Program-made: the position numbers and the translations under genes
The notes under the pieces: generated by a model
Told to the model about the DNA's origin: nothing
The model's database searches: none
The model's input: only the letters and a program-made list of their open reading frames with translations
DNA from: Minisyncoccota bacterium
GTDB lineage: Bacteria; Patescibacteriota; Minisyncoccia; Phycocordibacterales; GWA1-40-21
Direction of reading: 5' to 3'
Assembly (NCBI GenBank): GCA_041659365.1
Contig: JBAZYH010000004.1
Span: 164 to 64,163, forward strand
DNA: 64,000 bases
Shown here: piece by piece, positions 58,348 through 64,000 of the stretch
Numbering within the stretch: the stretch's first letter is position 1
Layout of the letters: every line of letters begins with the position of its first letter

Positions 58348-60018
58348 ATGGTTAAAAGAATCTTCGATCTTTTTTATAAGGAGATAAAGGGGTTGCACGA
58401 AGCGGCTTATCTTTTGGCGTTCTTTGCTTTTCTTTCACAGCTCCTTGCTTTATTGAGAGATAGAGTGCTTGCTTCAACTTTTGGTGCAAGTAATACTCTT
58501 GATATATACTATTCTTCTTTTAGGATTCCAGATTTTATATTTGTAACGGTTGCTTCTATTGTTTCTATCTCGGTCCTTGTTCCTTTTATTACTGATAAAC
58601 TTGATAAGTCTGAAGAAGAAGGAAAGAAATTTATAAATAGTGTCTTCTCATCTTTTTCAATTATTATTTTTATAACAAGTATTATATTTTATTTTTTAAT
58701 TCCTTATTTAGTACCTTTTATTTTCCAAGGAATGTCAGATACAACTGAGATAGTAAAAATGTCTAGAATACTTTTATTTTCTCCTATATTACTTGGTTTT
58801 TCAAATTTCTTTGCAAGCATTACACAGGTAGGTAAAAGATTTTTGATCTATGCTTTAAGCCCACTTTTTTATAACATCGGAATAATATTAGGGGTATTAT
58901 TTTTCTATCCAGTTTTTGGAATATATGGATTAGCTTACGGAGTAATTCTTGGTGCATTAATGCATTTATTCATACAAGTTCCTTTTGTTGTGGAAAGTAA
59001 ATTATTTAGAATGTTTCCGATTAATTTTGATTTTAGTTCAGTAAAAAAGGTTATACTTATTTCTATACCAAGGACTATTACTTTGGGTATGACACAAATA
59101 TCAATAATAGTTTTGCTTGGTATTGCTTCACTTATGAAAGAGGGAACAATCTCTATTTTTAATTTTGCCTATAATCTTCAGTCCGTACCACTTTCTATAA
59201 TAGGTGTAAGCTATTCTGTTGCAGCTTTTCCTACACTTTCAAAATTCTTTTCTGGGGGTAAGAGGGATGAATTTTTATCACACATAGTTTCTGGTGCCCG
59301 ATATATTCTTTTTTGGTCTATACCTATAACAATTCTTTTTGTTGTTTTGCGTGCTCAGATAGTTAGAACTGTTTATGGCGCGGGGGAGTTTAGTTGGGCT
59401 AATACGAAACTTACTGCGGCAGCTCTCGCAATCTTTGCTTTCTCTGTAGTTGCACAGTCGCTCGTGTTACTTTTTATAAGAGGATTCTATGCTATGGGAA
59501 ATACAAAGAAATCACTTTATGCAAGTTTATTGACAGGATTGCTTTCCATTGGATTTTCATTTTTATTTATAAGATTATTTGAACATTTTTATATATTTAA
59601 ATATTTTATTGAAAATTTATTTAGAATAGATGATACTGCTGGAAGTGAGGTACTTATGATAGCTTTAGGGTTTACATTGGCACAGATTGTTAATTGTGCC
59701 GTACTGTGGATTTCCTTTGAGAAAGAATTTAAAGGATTTTCAGTCCCGTTACTTAATACGTTTTTTCAGAGTTTTTCTGCCTCAGTAATAATGGGATTTG
59801 TTGCTTATATGGGATTAAATATATTTGATAATATTTATAACATCAATACTTTAATTGGTATTTTTTTACAAGGTTTTTCTGCCGGTGTTTTGGGTATTAT
59901 TTCAGCTCTGGTTGTGTTAAAACTGCTCGGTAGTGTAGAGTTAGATGAAATATGGAAAGCTTTCCATAAGAAGTTTTGGAAGGCAAAGACGACTATTCCA
60001 GATACAAATCAGCTATAG
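58348..60018 (+). CDS. murJ: Lipid II flippase MurJ
   Basis: LLRDRVLA..FGA, FRIPD, many TM helices. Confidence 0.92.
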   Translation: MVKRIFDLFYKEIKGLHEAAYLLAFFAFLSQLLALLRDRVLASTFGASNTLDIYYSSFRIPDFIFVTVASIVSISVLVPFITDKLDKSEEEGKKFINSVFSSFSIIIFITSIIFYFLIPYLVPFIFQGMSDTTEIVKMSRILLFSPILLGFSNFFASITQVGKRFLIYALSPLFYNIGIILGVLFFYPVFGIYGLAYGVILGALMHLFIQVPFVVESKLFRMFPINFDFSSVKKVILISIPRTITLGMTQISIIVLLGIASLMKEGTISIFNFAYNLQSVPLSIIGVSYSVAAFPTLSKFFSGGKRDEFLSHIVSGARYILFWSIPITILFVVLRAQIVRTVYGAGEFSWANTKLTAAALAIFAFSVVAQSLVLLFIRGFYAMGNTKKSLYASLLTGLLSIGFSFLFIRLFEHFYIFKYFIENLFRIDDTAGSEVLMIALGFTLAQIVNCAVLWISFEKEFKGFSVPLLNTFFQSFSASVIMGFVAYMGLNIFDNIYNINTLIGIFLQGFSAGVLGIISALVVLKLLGSVELDEIWKAFHKKFWKAKTTIPDTNQL

Positions 60019-60086
60019 TTGTGGGTTGAAAAGAGTTGCTTTTTTAATTATTTTAAGATATACTCATAAAACTAATTTAAATAGAT

Positions 60087-60245
60087 ATGTCACAAGACCA
60101 ATTAATAAAACTTGCTTGTAAAGACTGTAAAAGAGTCAATTACTGGAGCAGAAAAAACAAAAAGAAAGTTGAGCGCAAAATTGAGCTCAAGAAGTATTGT
60201 AAATGGTGTAAAAAGAACACTATTCACAAAGAAGTAAAAAAGTAA
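60087..60245 (+). CDS. rpmG: 50S ribosomal protein L33 (zinc-binding type; below the ORF track cutoff)
   Basis: Translated by hand: IKLACKDCKRVNY..KNKK..IELKKYCKWC..HKE. Confidence 0.95.
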   Translation: MSQDQLIKLACKDCKRVNYWSRKNKKKVERKIELKKYCKWCKKNTIHKEVKK

Positions 60246-60314
60246 TCCCCCTAAGGATTACTTTTTTTCTTCTTTTTCTTTTTGCACCATTTACTAAAGG
60301 GGGGTCGAGGAAAA

Positions 60315-60423
60315 GGCTCGCTCCTTTTCTTTTTTTAAAACCGCACATGATTTCTTGCTAGAAATCTGCTATTCTCGTGCCGTCGCACTGCGAAATGGTT
60401 TTAAAAAGAGAAAACTCGCTCGC
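60315..60423 (-). repeat. ~109-bp structured dispersed repeat, copy 2
   Basis: Reverse complement of 885-993 with few substitutions. Confidence 0.9.
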
Positions 60424-60558
60424 AATTGTAAATGCAGGATACCTTTTAATATATTTTGTATGTCTTTGCGAGAAGGTACTCCGACGTGGCAATCCAGGTT
60501 AGTATTAATAGTTTTTGAGTTTTATTTTTATATTATTATATGCTATATTAGCTCGGTA

Positions 60559-60621
60559 AGGGCTAAACCATTCGCTCGTGGCGAATGGTCGCCCGAAACA
60601 TTTATTAAAATGTTTTTAGGG
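60559..60621 (+). repeat. Double-hairpin GGCTAAA/TCGCCCGA element, copy 5, fused to the tRNA-Trp 5' end
   Basis: AGGGCTAAA-CCATTCGC/GCGAATGG-TCGCCCG-AAACATTT/AAATGTTT-TTAGGG. Confidence 0.8.
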
Positions 60622-60690
60622 GCCTATAGTTCAGTGGTAGAATAATCGTCTCCAAAACGATTGACCGAGGTTCAAATCCTCGTGGGCCCG
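60620..60690 (+). tRNA. tRNA-Trp(CCA)
   Basis: Cloverleaf; ATCGT-CTCCAAA-ACGAT anticodon arm. Confidence 0.92.
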
Positions 60691-60935
60691 CAATGATTCG
60701 CAAAAATGGCTATAATGCCATTTGAGCGAATTATCATTGCAAGCCCACGGGGATTTGAAAGACGGAGCGCGACGGCGCGAGTCGGGGTCGAGAGTTTTTC
60801 TAGCAAGAAAAAACTCGTGACCTAATCCTCGTGGAAGTTGTATTGATTCTGTAAGGTTCGAAACTCCTCGTGAACTCGTTTACTTAAAAGTCTCTAATTC
60901 CTTTTAAATAAAAAATTAATGTTATAATTAGATTA

Positions 60936-61931
60936 TTGGAATTCAAAACAGAAAAACATTCATCAATGATACATTTTAAAAATCAACCGAAACTTTCTGG
61001 TGTAGAAATCGACCAGAAGCGAGATGAAAGACGTTTAATACTCATTCCACAAATTGAGATTTTTTTATCCACAGATGACTTGTTTAAAGGGAAAGAAATT
61101 GAAGTTGAATTTTCTCACGAAGGTATTTCTTCTTTAGTTTGTTTTATTGAAATGGAAGAAGAAAAATTTGTTCTAAAAATCGCATTAAATAATACTGTGT
61201 CGGAAGGTAGTGAAGCTTTATTTCTTAAGACTTGGGAAAATGCTGGAATCTCAACACCGCATGTGTTTAAAGAGGGTAAAATTGCTGACAATTCATATGT
61301 TTTGATGGAATATATTGATGCTCCCACCGCAGAGGCAAAATACAAAGATGATGAAAGTGCAAAAGAAAATATGTATTTCGAGGCGGGTAAAATTTTGCGA
61401 AATATGCATAAACCAGAATCTGTTGGTTTTGGTAAGGTTACGGATGGCGAAGGTGAGTATTCCTCGTTTAAAGAATGGATTGACTCTCCAGATATGGAAA
61501 ATAGAGTAAAGTACGTAGAAGATAATAATTTAATAAATTCAGAGTACGGTACTTTTTCTCAGGCTAGAGATATTCTTGTAAAATATGTTGGAGATAGTAA
61601 TAAAAGTAGTTATTGTCATTTTGACTATAGTGCTGGACATCTTTTTGCTACAGAACCTTTAACAGTATTTGATCCAAATCCATTATTTAATAATGGATAT
61701 ATAGATTTGGGACGAACCTTGGTAAACTATATTGCAGTTTCTGGACTTTATCCAAAATCATTTGTTGAGGGTTATAGTGGAGAAAGTGGATTAGATGAAA
61801 AAGTTTTGCATGCTGCAATATTTCTCAATATTATTTATAAACTTCCATATCAACATCAAAAAGGAAAAATACATGTCATACAAAATTTTCAAAATTATCT
61901 AAGTAAGAATAAATTTTTGTTGGAAAAGTAG
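60936..61931 (+). CDS. Aminoglycoside phosphotransferase / kinase-like family protein
   Basis: FVLKI, LMEYI, CHFD, VFDP, IDLG; start codon uncertain. Confidence 0.78.
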   Translation: MEFKTEKHSSMIHFKNQPKLSGVEIDQKRDERRLILIPQIEIFLSTDDLFKGKEIEVEFSHEGISSLVCFIEMEEEKFVLKIALNNTVSEGSEALFLKTWENAGISTPHVFKEGKIADNSYVLMEYIDAPTAEAKYKDDESAKENMYFEAGKILRNMHKPESVGFGKVTDGEGEYSSFKEWIDSPDMENRVKYVEDNNLINSEYGTFSQARDILVKYVGDSNKSSYCHFDYSAGHLFATEPLTVFDPNPLFNNGYIDLGRTLVNYIAVSGLYPKSFVEGYSGESGLDEKVLHAAIFLNIIYKLPYQHQKGKIHVIQNFQNYLSKNKFLLEK

Positions 61932-62003
61932 TTTTGGTAGGCTCGTCTGTGCCGCCCTTTATTTAAAAGTCTCTAATGCCTTTTAAATAAGATATTGTAT
62001 TTC

Positions 62004-62915
62004 CTAAATCTTACTTTTCAAATATCTCATCACTTTCTCATCTTCCTTCGGCTTAAACCACTTAATATTCTTATTACGTTTAAACCACGTCCTCTGCCTC
62101 TTCACAAACTGCCATATCTCTCTATTAAGATTATCTATCATTTCTTCCTTACTTATTTTCTTCTGTAAAAATAAAGCTGTATTTTTATATTCAAGTCCAA
62201 AAGACTCAAGCCTTTTCCATGTTGTACCTTTATCGTGTATTCTTTGAATTTCTTCTATCATTCCAATTTTGATACGTTTAATAAGTCTTAAAGCTATTCT
62301 ATCTTTTAGTATTTGATCTTTTGTATCAAGTCCAATAAAAACAAAATCATATTCACTTGGTTTTTCTACAACAGTAGGAACACTTCCAAGCTCTTTTGCA
62401 ATCTCTAAAGCTCTTACAAGGCGAACTTTATTGTTTTTATCAATAGTTTTTGCTCTTTCTGGAGAAAGTTTCTTTAATAATTCAAAAAGTTTTTCTGTAG
62501 ATTTGTTTTCTAATTCTTTTCTATATTTTAAATTTAATTTAACTTCTGGAAGTATAATATTTTTCACCACACTATCTATGTAGTATCCTGTACCGCCACA
62601 TATTATTGGAGTTTTTCCTTTTGAAATAATTTCTTTTATTTTCTTATCAGCAAGTTCTTTGTATTTTGCCATTGAGAAAAAAGTACTTGGTTTAACTACA
62701 TCAAGTAAATAATGGGGAATACCCAGCATCTCTTTTTTAGTGATTTTACCACTACCAAGATCCATGCCTTTAAAGACTTGTCTAGAATCAGCAGAGATTA
62801 TTTCTCCGTTGTATTTTTTAGCTATGTTTACGGCTAGGTCACTTTTACCTGTGGCTGTAGGGCCGAGGACTACTATAACTTTGGGCTTATTAGTTGTTTT
62901 TTGTAAAATTTTCAT
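62004..62915 (-). CDS. miaA: tRNA dimethylallyltransferase
   Basis: GPTATGKS, EIISADSRQ, CGGTGYY, KRQRTWF. Confidence 0.97.
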   Translation of the reverse strand: MKILQKTTNKPKVIVVLGPTATGKSDLAVNIAKKYNGEIISADSRQVFKGMDLGSGKITKKEMLGIPHYLLDVVKPSTFFSMAKYKELADKKIKEIISKGKTPIICGGTGYYIDSVVKNIILPEVKLNLKYRKELENKSTEKLFELLKKLSPERAKTIDKNNKVRLVRALEIAKELGSVPTVVEKPSEYDFVFIGLDTKDQILKDRIALRLIKRIKIGMIEEIQRIHDKGTTWKRLESFGLEYKNTALFLQKKISKEEMIDNLNREIWQFVKRQRTWFKRNKNIKWFKPKEDEKVMRYLKSKI

Positions 62916-63564
62916 AAATTTCTCTTTTTCTTGATAAGGTTGGTAATTTCTTAGAATAGTATATTTTAGGAAGTAATTCTAGTGATTTCTTTTTCATAAA
63001 TTTAATTGTATACAAATCAGACCGATTATCTATTTTTGATTTTGTTGTATGTATTCTACCCAGTATTTTTGTGTTTTCATATATCTTATTTGATAACCAT
63101 TCTATATGAGGCCTACTGACAGAAATAAATCTCACAAATAATCTTTTATAAATATATTTAATATTTTTACGTGTATTATATTTATCTAAGTAAGTCGTAA
63201 TAGAGCCATCACCATCTAAATGTCCTCTTAGAAAATCTATAAAAAATTTATCAGGAATTTTTATCTCTCCTAAAATTTTACTCTTATTAGACATTAAACC
63301 AATACTTACTAACCATTTATAAAAAACAATATCACCAAATTGTACTCGATGGGAGATAATACCTTTATAATTTTTGGTTATACCTATTTTGTTTTTAATC
63401 TTTAGACATTTTTTAAAATTCTCTAATTGTTCAATATCTGACGATGTCATTATTATGTGACGCTTATCAGGTGACAAACAACCATCTGTTGTCAATAAAC
63501 CAACGATATATGCCAAATCAGGCGTCCATTTTAACGCTTTTGTTTGTATTTTTATTCCTGCCAT
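62890..63564 (-). CDS. Free-standing LAGLIDADG homing-endonuclease-like protein
   Basis: Two motifs: AYIVGLLTTDG and FLRGHLDGDG. Confidence 0.88.
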   Translation of the reverse strand: MAGIKIQTKALKWTPDLAYIVGLLTTDGCLSPDKRHIIMTSSDIEQLENFKKCLKIKNKIGITKNYKGIISHRVQFGDIVFYKWLVSIGLMSNKSKILGEIKIPDKFFIDFLRGHLDGDGSITTYLDKYNTRKNIKYIYKRLFVRFISVSRPHIEWLSNKIYENTKILGRIHTTKSKIDNRSDLYTIKFMKKKSLELLPKIYYSKKLPTLSRKREIYENFTKNN

Positions 63565-63571
63565 AATTTTG

Positions 63572-63653
63572 TGGGCGTGGTGGGACTCGAACCCACATGA
63601 GTTTCCTCACACGATTTTGAGTCGTGCGCGTAGACCAATTCCGCCACACGCCC
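63572..63653 (-). tRNA. tRNA-Leu(CAA)
   Basis: Reverse complement cloverleaf; CACGA-CTCAAAA-TCGTG; variable arm. Confidence 0.95.
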
Positions 63654-63752
63654 TACTTTTTTATTGTATACAATTTATGAACAAAAATCAATTTTTTAAT
63701 ATTATACTAATGTGATAAAATACATAAATAATTAAGTTAATAAAATAAATAA

Positions 63753-64000
63753 ATGACACAATTTTACGGAGATTCAATATTTTGGGTTGAGGCAGATAAA
63801 ATAAAACCAAACCCATTTCAGCCGAGAAAAGAATTTGACGAAGCTAGATTAAAAGACTTGTCTGAATCCATAAGACAATATGGTGTTTTGCAGCCCCTAG
63901 TTGTCACCAGAAGGGAGTATCAGACGGAAGATGGTGGACTTGCTGTAGAATATGAACTTATTTCAGGAGAGAGAAGGCTTAGGGCTTCTAAGATGGCGAA
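63753..64000 (+). CDS. parB: ParB/Spo0J partition protein (5' part; truncated by window end)
   Basis: IKPNPFQPRKEF..LSESIRQYGVLQPLVV..ISGERRLRA. Confidence 0.92.
   Translation, partial: MTQFYGDSIFWVEADKIKPNPFQPRKEFDEARLKDLSESIRQYGVLQPLVVTRREYQTEDGGLAVEYELISGERRLRASKMA

Noticed and set aside
1-64000. Alternative genetic code (UGA recoding)
   Set aside because: Long conserved genes translate full length in the standard code, and Trp is TGG where checked

Overview
AT-rich bacterial chromosome segment. Its gene content suggests Patescibacteria/CPR (Parcubacteria-like; inference): valS, tsaD, trxB, ftsZ/ftsA, ybeY, rpsA, gyrA, murJ, rpmG, miaA, parB, a compact RNase P RNA, eight tRNAs and a six-gene VirB2-like pilin cluster. 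Two integrative islands sit back to back at divergent tRNA-Glu and tRNA-Ser genes. Island 1 (~10995-20715) carries an AAA-ATPase + S8 protease (IetAS-like) module and a large serine recombinase whose 3' end reads into tRNA-Glu; an alternative in-frame C-terminus lies at the far attachment site. Island 2 (~21186-34610) carries a MacAB-like ABC exporter, a serine recombinase, terminase and methylase but no recognisable capsid. It also carries a LexA-led operon ending in a membrane protein, a TIR domain fused to a CBASS-type AGS-C-like domain and a second TIR, which is the best candidate for an undescribed defence system. The intergenic DNA holds several structured repeat families: a five-copy covarying double-hairpin element, tRNA-tailored 3' tails, REP-like palindromes and short-period tandem repeats. 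Some of these sit in frame inside essential genes (tsaD, valS, pth). All calls are by eye; no database searches were run.
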